From: an uncultured bacterium
Lineage (GTDB): Bacteria; Patescibacteriota; Minisyncoccia; Phycocordibacterales; Phycocordibacteraceae
DNA: 64,000 nt
NCBI GenBank assembly: GCA_963759775.1
Contig: CAVXAH010000001.1
Location: 144,682-208,681, forward strand
Reading direction: 5' to 3'
The position numbers were made by a program, and so were the translations under genes. A model generated the notes under the pieces. The model saw nothing but the letters and a program-made list of their open reading frames with translations. It had not been told where the DNA came from and did not search any database. Of the stretch, positions 48,771-58,486 are shown piece after piece (the first letter of the stretch is position 1; every line of letters begins with the position of its first letter).

Positions 48771-51700
48771 ATGAGTAAGTTTATTCACCTGCATACTCAT
48801 AGTCATTACAGCTTTTTGCAGGCGCTTCCGAAGGTTGATGAGTTGGTAGACAAAGCAAAAGAGGAAGGGATGGATGCGGTAGCGCTCACCGACACGGGCA
48901 ACATGCACGGGGCGATTGAATTTTATAAAGCCGCTACGAAGGCGGGAATAAAACCGATTCTCGGCGTTGACGCATATCTCGCTCCGCGCTCGCGTTTTGA
49001 ACAAGACAGAAATATAGACAGCAAACGTTCCAAGATCGTTCTGCTTGCGGAAAACAATGAGGGATACACAAACCTTCTGTATGTGGTCACGAAGTCATGG
49101 ACCGAGGGATTTTTTGAGCGGCCGCGGCTTGATAAGGAGCTTCTCCGCGAGCGCAAAGGCGGCCTTATCGCGATACTCCCCTCCTTTGCAGGCGACGTCG
49201 CACAGCTCCTTCGCGCCGGAGACCCAAGTGGCGCCGCAGCCGCGCTCGCGGAATTCAAAGATATCTTCGGGGAAAAGAACGTATTTCTTGAAATCACGCA
49301 TCATCCAAAAGTGGAGGGTCACGAAGCGCTCATGAAAAAAATAATCGCCCTTGGGAAAGAGAGCGGCACGCCGCTTGTTGCCCAGCATGACGTGTACTAC
49401 CTTGCGCCTGAAGACCGCGAACCTACCGAAATCCTGCGCCGCATCCAGCAAGGCGAGCGCGGACGAAACGAAGAAGAAGACTTCTCTTTTATTGGCGAAA
49501 AACAGGCTCAAAAATTCTTCAAAGACCTCCCTGAGGCACTTGAGAATTCACGCAAAATCGCTGACCGCTGTACCGTTACGTTTGACCTCGGTAAATGGAC
49601 CTTCCCCACCGTTCCTGTCGGAAAAGGCTACAAAAACCACGCAGACGAGCTTCGAGCGAAAACGTACGAGGGAATTAAGACGCGCAATCTTGAGGAATCA
49701 AAAGAAGTGACCGACCGCATTGAATACGAACTCAAAATCATCAACGATAAAGGATTTGCGGTGTATTACCTCGTTGTGTCCGACCTCCTACAGTTTGCAA
49801 AGCGCGCTGGCATCCTCACCACCACACGCGGAAGTGCCGCAGGCTCTTTGGTTGCGTACCTCACCGGCATCACGAACGTTGACCCACTTTTCTACAAACT
49901 TCCTTTTGAACGATTCTTGAACCCCGAGCGCCCGAAAGCCCCCGATATTGACATGGACATCGCCGACAACCGACGCGACGACATGATCGCGTACGCGAAA
50001 CAAAAGTACGGTGAAGATCATGTGGCGCAAATCGGAACGTTTGGCACCATGATGGCGCGCGCCGCGGTGAGAGATGTCTCGCGAGCACTCGGTCACTCGT
50101 ACGGTACCGGCGACCGCATCGCAAAACTCATCCCCATTGGCTCGCAAGGTTTCCCGATGACCATTGATAACGCGATGAAGCTTGAGCCCGACCTCAAAGC
50201 TCTCTACGACGAAGACGAAGACTCCCGCGAAATCCTTGATCTCGCAAAGCGCATTGAGGGCTGTGTGCGGCACGTTGGTGTGCACGCCGCCGGCGTCGTC
50301 GTCGCTCCCACTCCGCTTATTGAGTGGGCCCCCATCCAACCCGACCCCAAGGGCACCGGAAAACTCATCACACAGTACGACATGTACTCAATAACGGACG
50401 AGTATGGGGGCGTAGGACTTCTGAAATTCGACTTTCTCGGAATCAAAAACCTTGCCATCCTCGCAGACTCGGTGACGCGCGTGAAGGCAACGCGCGACGT
50501 TGAAATTGATATTGAAAATGTGCCCGTCGACGATGCAAAGACTTTTGAAATGCTCGCGCGTGGCGAGACTGAAGGCACGTTCCAGTTAAACGGCTCGGGC
50601 ATGACTAGGTGGCTCAAAGACCTCAAGCCCACAACGATTCACGACATCAATGCCATGGTTGCGCTCTATCGCCCAGGACCGATGGAAACGATTCCTCAAT
50701 ACATTGAGCGTAAGAAAAATCCCAACCTCGTGAACTATCTTGATCCGCGCATGAAGGAATACCTTGAGTTCTCTCGCGGCGTCCTCGTGTACCAAGACGA
50801 CGTTCTTTTGACTGCCATTAAGCTTGGCGGATATTCCTGGCTTGAAGCGGACACACTCCGCAAAGCGATGGGCAAGAAAATTCCAAAGGTAATGATGGCT
50901 GAGAAAGAAAAATTGACCAAGGGTTTTGTGGAATACGGCAAGCTCACGCCCGCGAAAGCCGAGCAGTTGTGGAGCCTTATCGAGCCATTCGCCGCCTACG
51001 GCTTCAACAAGGCGCACGCCGCGAGCTACGGAAAAGTGGCATATCAGACGAGCTACATGAAAGCGAATTATCCGGTTGAGTACCTCGCCGCTCTTCTCAC
51101 GGCTGACAGCGGCAACACAGACGAAATCTCAAAATACGTTGCGGAAGCGAAGCGTATGAAAGTGCCCGTTCTGCCGCCAGATGTAAACGAAAGCGGAACC
51201 GACTTTACGGTCGTTGGGGACAAGAAAGACGTCATCCGATTTGGATTGTCCTCAATTAAAAACTTCGGCGACGGCGTCTCCCAGGCAATCATTGATGAGC
51301 GCAAGAAAAATGGCGCGTACAAGACGCTTGCGGACTTCCTTTCGCGCGTGGGCTCCAAAAATCTAAACAGGAAGTCGCTTGAGTCCCTCATCAAAGGCGG
51401 TGCGCTCGATTCCTTTGGAGAACGCGGCACCTTGCTTCTTAATATTGAAACCCTCCTCGCCTTCCACCGTGATGCGACCACGGAGGCGCCGCAGGATTCT
51501 CTTTTTGGCGCGTCTACTACCGCCGCCACACTTACGCTCAAGCCAGGTGCGCCGGTGTCGCTTAAAGACAAGCTTGAGTGGGAAAAAGAGCTGCTTGGTA
51601 TCTACGTTTCCGGCCACCCGCTCGATGCGCATGAAGGAACACTCGCGAAATCCAAACTTACGCTCGCAAAAATTAAGGAAGAGCCTCAGCCCGGACTCCC

Positions 51701-51941
51701 GATCATTCTTCCCCTTCTCGTCGCCGAAGTACGAACTATTCTCACCAAAAAAGGCGGTGAGAAAATGGCGTTCATCAAATTTGAAGACAAGACCGACTCC
51801 ATGGAAGCAGTCGTCTTCCCAAAACTCTTCAAAGAACACAGTGGTGCCATTGTCCCCGGTGCGTGCCTCCTTATAAAAGGCAACGTCTCAAACCGCAACG
51901 GCGAACTCTCCCTTTCAATTGAAAACCTAAAGGTGCTCTAG
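48771..51941 (+). CDS. dnaE: DNA polymerase III alpha subunit
   Basis: It has an N-terminal PHP domain (FIHLHTHSHYSFLQA), polymerase core motifs and a C-terminal OB fold. The 1056 aa frame is uninterrupted. Confidence 0.9.
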   Translation: MSKFIHLHTHSHYSFLQALPKVDELVDKAKEEGMDAVALTDTGNMHGAIEFYKAATKAGIKPILGVDAYLAPRSRFEQDRNIDSKRSKIVLLAENNEGYTNLLYVVTKSWTEGFFERPRLDKELLRERKGGLIAILPSFAGDVAQLLRAGDPSGAAAALAEFKDIFGEKNVFLEITHHPKVEGHEALMKKIIALGKESGTPLVAQHDVYYLAPEDREPTEILRRIQQGERGRNEEEDFSFIGEKQAQKFFKDLPEALENSRKIADRCTVTFDLGKWTFPTVPVGKGYKNHADELRAKTYEGIKTRNLEESKEVTDRIEYELKIINDKGFAVYYLVVSDLLQFAKRAGILTTTRGSAAGSLVAYLTGITNVDPLFYKLPFERFLNPERPKAPDIDMDIADNRRDDMIAYAKQKYGEDHVAQIGTFGTMMARAAVRDVSRALGHSYGTGDRIAKLIPIGSQGFPMTIDNAMKLEPDLKALYDEDEDSREILDLAKRIEGCVRHVGVHAAGVVVAPTPLIEWAPIQPDPKGTGKLITQYDMYSITDEYGGVGLLKFDFLGIKNLAILADSVTRVKATRDVEIDIENVPVDDAKTFEMLARGETEGTFQLNGSGMTRWLKDLKPTTIHDINAMVALYRPGPMETIPQYIERKKNPNLVNYLDPRMKEYLEFSRGVLVYQDDVLLTAIKLGGYSWLEADTLRKAMGKKIPKVMMAEKEKLTKGFVEYGKLTPAKAEQLWSLIEPFAAYGFNKAHAASYGKVAYQTSYMKANYPVEYLAALLTADSGNTDEISKYVAEAKRMKVPVLPPDVNESGTDFTVVGDKKDVIRFGLSSIKNFGDGVSQAIIDERKKNGAYKTLADFLSRVGSKNLNRKSLESLIKGGALDSFGERGTLLLNIETLLAFHRDATTEAPQDSLFGASTTAATLTLKPGAPVSLKDKLEWEKELLGIYVSGHPLDAHEGTLAKSKLTLAKIKEEPQPGLPIILPLLVAEVRTILTKKGGEKMAFIKFEDKTDSMEAVVFPKLFKEHSGAIVPGACLLIKGNVSNRNGELSLSIENLKVL

Positions 51942-51969
51942 CGCGATTTTGTGTTATATTCGAAAAGTT

Positions 51970-53208
51970 ATGGATGCCTCAGACAAAGAACGAGATCATA
52001 AGAAACTCGGAAAGGAGATGGATCTGTTCGCTTTCTCCGACACGGTCGGCAAAGGTCTTCCCCTCTTCACTCCCAAGGGCGCAACGATTCGCCGTGAGCT
52101 TGAACGATTTGTAGTAGATGAAGAAATAAAACGTGGCTATCTCCACGTGTACACCCCCGACATTGCGAAACTTGATCTCTATAAAAAAAGTGGTCACTAC
52201 CCGCACTACAAAGACTCTATGTATGCGCCGATAGAGATAGACGACGAGAGCTTCATGCTTCGCCCCATGACGTGCCCGCACCACTTTGAACTCTTCCTTC
52301 GTAAGCCCGTGAGCTACCGCGAACTCCCTATGCGTATCGCTGAGTTTGCGAAGCTCTACCGCTACGAGCAGTCAGGTGAACTCATGGGCCTTCAACGCGT
52401 GCGCTCAATGTGTCTTTCGGACGCGCACATTATCTGCGCCACTGAAGAACAGGCGGTTGAAGAGGCAGGCAAAGCGCTTGATTTGATTGAATACCTCTCA
52501 ACTACGTTTGGTCTTAAGCTCGGCACCGACTATCGGTACCGTCTTTCCCTCGGAGACAGATCAAATACAGAAAAGTATTACAAAAACGATGCCGCGTGGG
52601 AAAAAAGCGAAGACCTCTTGCGCAAACTCCTTAAGGAGCGCGTTGGCGACTTCGAGGAAGCAAAGGACGAAGCTGCATTCTACGGACCCAAGATAGATAT
52701 TCAGATGAAAAATGTGAACGGAAAAGAAGACACGGCCTTCACCGTGCAATACGACTTTTGCATGCCCGATCGCTTTGACCTCTCCTATACCGGCCAAGAC
52801 GGCGAAAAGAAGCGGGCTTTCGTCATTCATCGTTCATCAATCGGCACGATAGAGCGTACGATGGCTTTTCTCATTGAGCATTACGGAGGAGCCTTCCCTA
52901 CCTGGCTTTCACCAGAGCAGGTGCGTGTGGTTCCTGTCTCCCAGGCGCATGTTACCTACGCTAATGAAGTTACTGAGGCGCTTAAAGCAGTAAATGTGCG
53001 CGCCGACGCGGATAATTCAAATGAGTCGCTCGGAAAAAAGATACGCGCCGGAAAGACGGAGAAAATCCCGTACCTGCTTGTCGTGGGCGACAAGGAAGTT
53101 GAAGCAAAAACGGTCTCTGTAGAGAGCCGCGACCACGGAAAGAAAGAAGCTGTTTCTGTCACAGATTTTGTAAAACAGGTAACGGAAGAAATTCGAGAAA
53201 GAAAATAG
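51970..53208 (+). CDS. thrS: threonine--tRNA ligase, catalytic plus anticodon-binding domains only
   Basis: DHKKLGKEMDLF..., RPMTCPHH, FRYEQSGEL.GL.RVR and the HRS...GT.ER class II motifs are present. There is no TGS or N2 editing region upstream. Confidence 0.85.
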   Translation: MDASDKERDHKKLGKEMDLFAFSDTVGKGLPLFTPKGATIRRELERFVVDEEIKRGYLHVYTPDIAKLDLYKKSGHYPHYKDSMYAPIEIDDESFMLRPMTCPHHFELFLRKPVSYRELPMRIAEFAKLYRYEQSGELMGLQRVRSMCLSDAHIICATEEQAVEEAGKALDLIEYLSTTFGLKLGTDYRYRLSLGDRSNTEKYYKNDAAWEKSEDLLRKLLKERVGDFEEAKDEAAFYGPKIDIQMKNVNGKEDTAFTVQYDFCMPDRFDLSYTGQDGEKKRAFVIHRSSIGTIERTMAFLIEHYGGAFPTWLSPEQVRVVPVSQAHVTYANEVTEALKAVNVRADADNSNESLGKKIRAGKTEKIPYLLVVGDKEVEAKTVSVESRDHGKKEAVSVTDFVKQVTEEIRERK

Positions 53209-53225
53209 AATTAAGAAGTAAGAAT

Positions 53226-53259
53226 GAAAAACACCCGCGATTTTGTCGCGGGTGTTTTC
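53226..53259. terminator. bidirectional rho-independent terminator
   Basis: The sequence is aaaaacacccgcga-ttttg-tcgcgggtgtttt, between convergent genes. Confidence 0.8.
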
Positions 53260-53298
53260 AAAATCCTAATTCTATATTCTTAGTTCTCGCTTTTGCTC

Positions 53299-55551
53299 TT
53301 ATGCTCCGAGAGTTGCAAGTGCGCGTGTAAGTGCAAGCTTCGCACCCGTTACTCCGGTTGAGTAGCTCGCGTCAATCGCGGTCGTAAGTGAAGCGATTAC
53401 GCGCTCAAGTACTGGAGTGTCGCAGGAAGCGCAGATGCGCGCCACTTCTGGGTCGCATTCTGTACCGTCAACGCGTGCGCGGTATGCGTCATCAAGCGCG
53501 CAGGTTGTGTGTGTGAGGAGCTGTTCGACGTTCCCTCCGCCCTTAACGTGGTTTCGAAGCGTGCCGAAGACTCCGTCACGGTCGCGCTCAACAAGTGAAG
53601 CAATAAAGCCTCGTACGTGAGGAGCAACTCCCTTTCCGCCTTCGTGGCGCGCATGTGCTGTTTCTGTAGAGCGCGATGGAACGATAGGCTCAACTCGTTC
53701 GTAGATTGGTTCTACGCGCGGTGCTCGCTTGGACATGACTTCATCGAGCAAAACTGGTTCTGGAGCAGGCTTCTCAGAGACCGCTGTGTGGCGCGCAAGA
53801 CCTTTCACAATGTCTTCAATAGAGAGCTTTCCTTCGGTAGCAAATGATTTGAAGCCGTCATACGGTGAGTACGCGCGGCGCATAACCGGTGCTTCCACAG
53901 TCATCTCATAATGCATTTCTTCTGTTGGAGCCTCTACGACTTCCTCTACCGCTATCGGTGCGTAGGCAAGCTTCTCCGTGTTCAAGAGTGCGGAAACGCG
54001 TTCGCCAAAGGTGCGTGCGCCGCGCGCCGCAAACGGTACCGCTCCAAAAAGCACGAGATACGCGAGTGCGAGCGACCAGAGCACGAGAGCGAGCCAATAG
54101 AGCACGGTGCCCGCGGGGCCTAGATCAAGTCCGGTGTACGGAATTTGCGAAAGATAGAGGAACGCGAGTGGTTGCACCGCTGGTCCAGGAAGCGCCTGGA
54201 GAATGACTCGTGGGTTCCTGCTACCGCCGCCTCCACCACCTCCGCCTCCGCAGTTGCTCGTACAACCGCTTGTTTCAATAACTACGGCTGCTTCGCATGA
54301 GACTGTTTGCCCCGAAGCAGAAATAGCGGTTCCCGTGAACGTGATATTTGCCGTAATGGCGGGTGTTGCCACCGAGCCGCCAGCGACAGGCGTTGTAGAG
54401 CCGATGCCTTGGTTAATCGCAAAACTAACGGCGTTTGATGTGGTCCACGTAAGAGTTGATGTATTGCCGGAAGTAACGGTTGTAGGACTTGCGCTGAGTG
54501 TGCATACGGGCGCTGGAGGACCTCCTGGAGGGATTACCGTGACTGTCGCAGCACACGTGACGGTTCCACCTGCGCCTGTGGCAGTTCCCGTATACGTTGT
54601 GGTGCTTGAAAGCGCCGGAGTGGTTGTTGAACCAGCAGCAACCGGAGTCACCGAACCGATGCCCTGATCAATAGTGAACGCAGTGGCATTCGTGGTTGTC
54701 CACGAAAGCGTTGAAGTGCCACCTGTAGTCACAGAAGTCGGAGAAGCAGTAAGTGTGCAGACGGGTGCAGGAGGTGGTGGAGGAGTGGTTGAGATAGCGA
54801 CTGTTGCGCTACATGTAACTGTTCCACCTGCTCCTGTTGCAGTGCCAGTGTAGGTAGTCGTCGCGACAGGCGAAACCGAAGTTGAGCCGGCATCGACTGG
54901 AGTAACCGAACCAACGCCATTATCTATAACAAAAGATGTTGCATCCGATGTGGTCCACGAAAGGGTTGAGGTACCGCCCGGGGCAATGATGGTTGGCGAA
55001 GCAGTAAGGGTACATACCGGTACAACAGGCGCGGCCGGAGGAGGAGCGACATCAACCTGTGCGTCACAGGTCGTTTGTCCACCAGGACCATTCACGGTCA
55101 TTGTGTAAAGAGTGCTCGTAACTACGGTAACGTCGACAGAACCAGCGTCAACCGGACTCACCGAACCCACACCATTATCAATAGTGGCATCGGTCGCGGC
55201 TACGGTAGTCCACGAAAGTGTTGAGATTCCACCGCCAAAAGGAAGCGAGGTTGGAGAAGCAGAAAGCGTACAGGTTGGCGGAGGTGGAAGCGGTGGGGGT
55301 GGCGGAGGAGGTGGGGGCGGAGGTGGTGGTGGTGGCGGTGGCGGGGGTGGGGGCGGAGGAGGTGGTGGTGGAGGTGGAGGCGGTGGGACGCAGCAGGGTG
55401 GCAAAACTTGAGCAAGCACTTGTGAAGGTGTGGTAAGACCCGTCGCAAAAGCGATAGTCATGCCTGCGGCAACTGTTGCGAGAACGACAAAGAGCCCGAT
55501 CAAAATCGGATGGGCTTTTACGTATGAATTCTTTTTGCTTTTAGTTGTCAT
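53299..55551 (-). CDS. 750 aa surface protein: TM anchor, ~45-residue poly-proline stalk, four Cys-bounded Ig-like repeats, poly-Gly, IPYTG motif plus TM, cytoplasmic tail domain
   Basis: It starts with MTTKSKKNSYVKAHPILIGLFVVLATVAAG..., followed by PPCCVPPPP(P)n. Four repeats of about 85 aa follow, starting with CTL(S/T)ASPT..TSTL(S/T)WTT. The sequence then continues GGGGGGGGG, YLSQIPYTGL and a hydrophobic helix. The ORF-track extension to 55896 overlaps the upstream gene. Confidence 0.7.
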   Translation of the reverse strand: MTTKSKKNSYVKAHPILIGLFVVLATVAAGMTIAFATGLTTPSQVLAQVLPPCCVPPPPPPPPPPPPPPPPPPPPPPPPPPPPPPPPLPPPPTCTLSASPTSLPFGGGISTLSWTTVAATDATIDNGVGSVSPVDAGSVDVTVVTSTLYTMTVNGPGGQTTCDAQVDVAPPPAAPVVPVCTLTASPTIIAPGGTSTLSWTTSDATSFVIDNGVGSVTPVDAGSTSVSPVATTTYTGTATGAGGTVTCSATVAISTTPPPPPAPVCTLTASPTSVTTGGTSTLSWTTTNATAFTIDQGIGSVTPVAAGSTTTPALSSTTTYTGTATGAGGTVTCAATVTVIPPGGPPAPVCTLSASPTTVTSGNTSTLTWTTSNAVSFAINQGIGSTTPVAGGSVATPAITANITFTGTAISASGQTVSCEAAVVIETSGCTSNCGGGGGGGGGSRNPRVILQALPGPAVQPLAFLYLSQIPYTGLDLGPAGTVLYWLALVLWSLALAYLVLFGAVPFAARGARTFGERVSALLNTEKLAYAPIAVEEVVEAPTEEMHYEMTVEAPVMRRAYSPYDGFKSFATEGKLSIEDIVKGLARHTAVSEKPAPEPVLLDEVMSKRAPRVEPIYERVEPIVPSRSTETAHARHEGGKGVAPHVRGFIASLVERDRDGVFGTLRNHVKGGGNVEQLLTHTTCALDDAYRARVDGTECDPEVARICASCDTPVLERVIASLTTAIDASYSTGVTGAKLALTRALATLGA

Positions 55552-55651
55552 AATTTTTTGGGAATAATCCCCTGCCGCTTGCGCGGCGTATAAAAAAGAG
55601 GAGTTATCTGGGAGGCGCGATGTTTTGCGCCTCCCAGATAAAATGAAACTC

Positions 55652-56728
55652 TCAGAAGCACTGTCCGCCGAAGATCCAGCGCGTCTCTGCCGACTCTCCC
55701 GTAACGGTTTTGGCATTCGCTCGCGCGAGCGCCTTGTCGTCGTAGTAGATGGTTGCGATTTTCGTATCCTTGGTAGGAAGGTAGTCGAACCACCGTACGC
55801 CGATACCGCAGGAATGCCTTTGGACATAATCCTCGAAGATCCCCTGCTGAAGGAAGGCTTCTTCGTTCGAGGACGGTGGGTGCGCAAGTGCCGCATTGTT
55901 GCTGCGGTCCCAGCGATCGAGACAGAAAACCATTCGATACTTCGAATCGGCCTCTGCTACTTTTGCTGGGAGACGAAGCACATGCTCGCCTGGCGTTGGC
56001 GTAAAACTTCCTTTTTGCCAGCCCGATGCGCCGAGTACCTGATCAATGTGCTCGAAACTGCACCATTCATCGGCGCACTCCTCCACAAACGGCGACTCAA
56101 AGTTCTTCTCGCCGGCTCGCTTGAGGCCCGTGCATTCATCCGAAGACAAATCCGTCGGTCCGTATTGCTTGAGCCGCACAGCAGTGTCACCCTCTTTTGT
56201 GCGGAAGTGAATGAAGACGCAATTCTTCGCAAGGTCCGGTCCATCGATCGGATTTGCGCAGTCCTGCATCATCACCACCTTGCCAGTCACTGGATTCTTC
56301 CAGCCGGCCTCGCCTTTTTTAAAAGGACGCGATTCGCACTGTCGCAGAGGTTTTCCGAACTTCGAGGATTTGGTTGGTGTTTTAATGCACCATGACCAGT
56401 AGCTGCCTGTGAGACCATGAACCGGGACGAGGGATTCTACGTAGTTCGGCAACTCGCCGAGCGTTTTCAATCCCGCGCCTGTATCAATCTGCTGAAACGC
56501 TTCCAGAAAATCAATTGGACGCGCGCAGTAATGCCTTTTCGCGCACTGCTCAGGACTTACCGGACTTTCGCCCGTTTCGTCGAGAGCAAGGCTCTTTTCA
56601 AGCAGAACTGCGAGTTCAGCGGGGTTTTTCAAACCCCGCAAGAATGGATTGCCGAGCGGTGCAGCCTCGACCGAAACTGAACATCCGAGGATGAACAGCC
56701 CAGTGAGTACAGCAATGAGCTGTTTCAT
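55652..56728 (-). CDS. Cys-rich putative lipoprotein of unknown function
   Basis: It has a signal peptide with a lipobox (LFILGC) and 14 Cys residues. No domain was recognised. It lies between sortase 2 and the repeat protein. Confidence 0.55.
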   Translation of the reverse strand: MKQLIAVLTGLFILGCSVSVEAAPLGNPFLRGLKNPAELAVLLEKSLALDETGESPVSPEQCAKRHYCARPIDFLEAFQQIDTGAGLKTLGELPNYVESLVPVHGLTGSYWSWCIKTPTKSSKFGKPLRQCESRPFKKGEAGWKNPVTGKVVMMQDCANPIDGPDLAKNCVFIHFRTKEGDTAVRLKQYGPTDLSSDECTGLKRAGEKNFESPFVEECADEWCSFEHIDQVLGASGWQKGSFTPTPGEHVLRLPAKVAEADSKYRMVFCLDRWDRSNNAALAHPPSSNEEAFLQQGIFEDYVQRHSCGIGVRWFDYLPTKDTKIATIYYDDKALARANAKTVTGESAETRWIFGGQCF

Positions 56729-56819
56729 TTTCTCTTACTCCTCTATTGGTGCTGTCGTGAGACAGCGTGGAAAGAACAACTTTCTTTACCCTCCTTATGG
56801 AGAGCCATCGGATCTCGAG

Positions 56820-57506
56820 CTAGCTCGAGAGCTGATGGCTTTCTACAAAGTCTGCGACCACGACAAAACGGTCGCTCGTTGAACCGAACGAATCGCACGT
56901 TGAAAGCGTGAGGACCTTCCCCGAAACCGTAAGTGGAATACCGGCCGAGGTTGCGTCCTCCTTTGAGACACTCTTCACCCGGTAGGTATATGCCGTTTTA
57001 GACGCGTACACGGTTACAGTGTCGCCCTCTTTAAGCTTCTGGATGCCATTGAACGCTTTGAACGCTTGGTTATTTACCACAGGCAGGTAGCTTGCGTGGG
57101 CAAAGATGACGACGTTCCCAGCCTCTCCGAGCTTTGCTGAGGTTGGGTAGCGTACCGCTCCTTTAAGAAGAGCTTCGTCGAGTACCTCAATAGCCGTTGA
57201 AGTTGGGTTTGCGATGCTCACGGAAAGCGAGATTTTAGGAATCTCAATCTTCACCGGAACTTCCGAGACATTTGTGATAGTGCTCGTACCGGAGAGCGAA
57301 GCGGAGGGCGGAGCTACAAGAGAAGACGCGAGTGTCACATCTTGCGCTTCCACCGTCTTCACTTCTGGGAGGAGATCAGCCGCCGCGAGCACTGTGACGC
57401 TCATAAAGAACGTGCACAGAGAAAGAGCGAGGAAGGCCCACTTCCTCGTCCCTGCCTTTTGCGCGGCGAGGACAAGCCTCGCCGCGGTGTGAATGATGCC
57501 GTTCAT
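56820..57506 (-). CDS. sortase (second copy) with N-terminal membrane anchor
   Basis: It has the His context VIFAHASY, the TLxTC motif VLTLSTCDS and a downstream Arg (DRFVVVA). Confidence 0.8.
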   Translation of the reverse strand: MNGIIHTAARLVLAAQKAGTRKWAFLALSLCTFFMSVTVLAAADLLPEVKTVEAQDVTLASSLVAPPSASLSGTSTITNVSEVPVKIEIPKISLSVSIANPTSTAIEVLDEALLKGAVRYPTSAKLGEAGNVVIFAHASYLPVVNNQAFKAFNGIQKLKEGDTVTVYASKTAYTYRVKSVSKEDATSAGIPLTVSGKVLTLSTCDSFGSTSDRFVVVADFVESHQLSS

Positions 57507-57604
57507 ATGTAGAGTTCGTCTTGGCTATTAATACACCATGTAGTTTGTGGTGTCAAGCCCCCCTATTGACATAAAAAACACCCTGTGGTATGTATATACG
57601 CACT

Positions 57605-58351
57605 ATGAATACGAATTACGAAACAACTTCAAGCAACCGCACTGCGGCTATTAACGGCCTTGCGGTAGTTGGCTTTGTCGCACTCGTTGCGGGCGGTATG
57701 TGGCTCGCGGTTTATTCGGCACAATTTGTGCCGGCAGCCGTCTCACGCCTCGGCGCCGCGGCAGTCGCACTTACGCAAATCTTTAATCCGGCTCCTTCGG
57801 GGGGTCTCAGCGTCATTCCGACCGCGTCTACTACCCTTCCTTTCGGGAACGCCACGTCAACAGCTACTTCTACGGGCACGACTCCTTCTACAGGAACTAC
57901 GAAACCTACTCCAACTGCAGGAACACAAACCTCAACCACAGAACCAATTGGTGGCACAAATTCAGCGACACTCTTCGGTCTCTCTGACCTTGAAGTTACT
58001 ATCTCTACAGTTGGCTACCTTGCCTCAAGCGATCCAAACTCATTTGTCGCGGGAACTAAGGTTCCAAGTGGTGCTCGCCCTGCGGTGAAATTTACGATTA
58101 GAAACGTTGGCACGAACGCAAGCGGCGCATGGAAGTTCTCTGCTTCTATCCCAACCAAGCGTTCCTTCGTCTACAAATCAGCAAGTCAGCAGAACCTGAA
58201 CCCAGGTGAAAGCATTGACTACACGCTTGGCTTTGATGATGCACAGCGAGGTACTAATCAGGAGATTACTCTCACCGCTGATTATGAAGATAAGATTTCC
58301 GAGTCAAACGAAAAGAACAACAGCGCAGTCGCTGCAGTTACGATTCTCTAA
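57605..58351 (+). CDS. membrane-anchored CARDB-domain protein with Thr/Ser-rich linker
   Basis: An N-terminal TM is followed by a TSTATSTGTTPSTGTTKPTPTAGTQTSTT linker. The CARDB pattern then follows: DLEV...FTIRNVGTNASGAWKF...LNPGES...LTADYEDKISESNEKNN. Confidence 0.65.
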   Translation: MNTNYETTSSNRTAAINGLAVVGFVALVAGGMWLAVYSAQFVPAAVSRLGAAAVALTQIFNPAPSGGLSVIPTASTTLPFGNATSTATSTGTTPSTGTTKPTPTAGTQTSTTEPIGGTNSATLFGLSDLEVTISTVGYLASSDPNSFVAGTKVPSGARPAVKFTIRNVGTNASGAWKFSASIPTKRSFVYKSASQQNLNPGESIDYTLGFDDAQRGTNQEITLTADYEDKISESNEKNNSAVAAVTIL

Positions 58352-58363
58352 AGAACTCTCGTA

Positions 58364-58402
58364 GCAAATCCCCGCGGCACATGCCGCGGGGATTTGCTTT
58401 TC
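58364..58402 (+). terminator. rho-independent terminator
   Basis: The stem gcaaatccccgcggc-acat-gccgcggggatttgc is followed by ttttc. Confidence 0.85.
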
Positions 58403-58486
58403 TATGATGAATATGGTATACTATATCTGAATTTGTCCTTTGCATCCGCTAGCAATTTCGCTGGCTTCAACTATGGGAGTTACCGA

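Noticed and set aside
55260-55400. Long GGN/GGT low-complexity DNA (and a shorter tract at 54205-54250) that superficially resembles a microsatellite or a degenerate repeat array.
   Set aside because: It is the reverse-strand coding sequence for the poly-proline stalk (and for poly-glycine) of the surface protein at 53299-55551. There is no spacer/repeat periodicity, so it is not a CRISPR array or a non-coding satellite.
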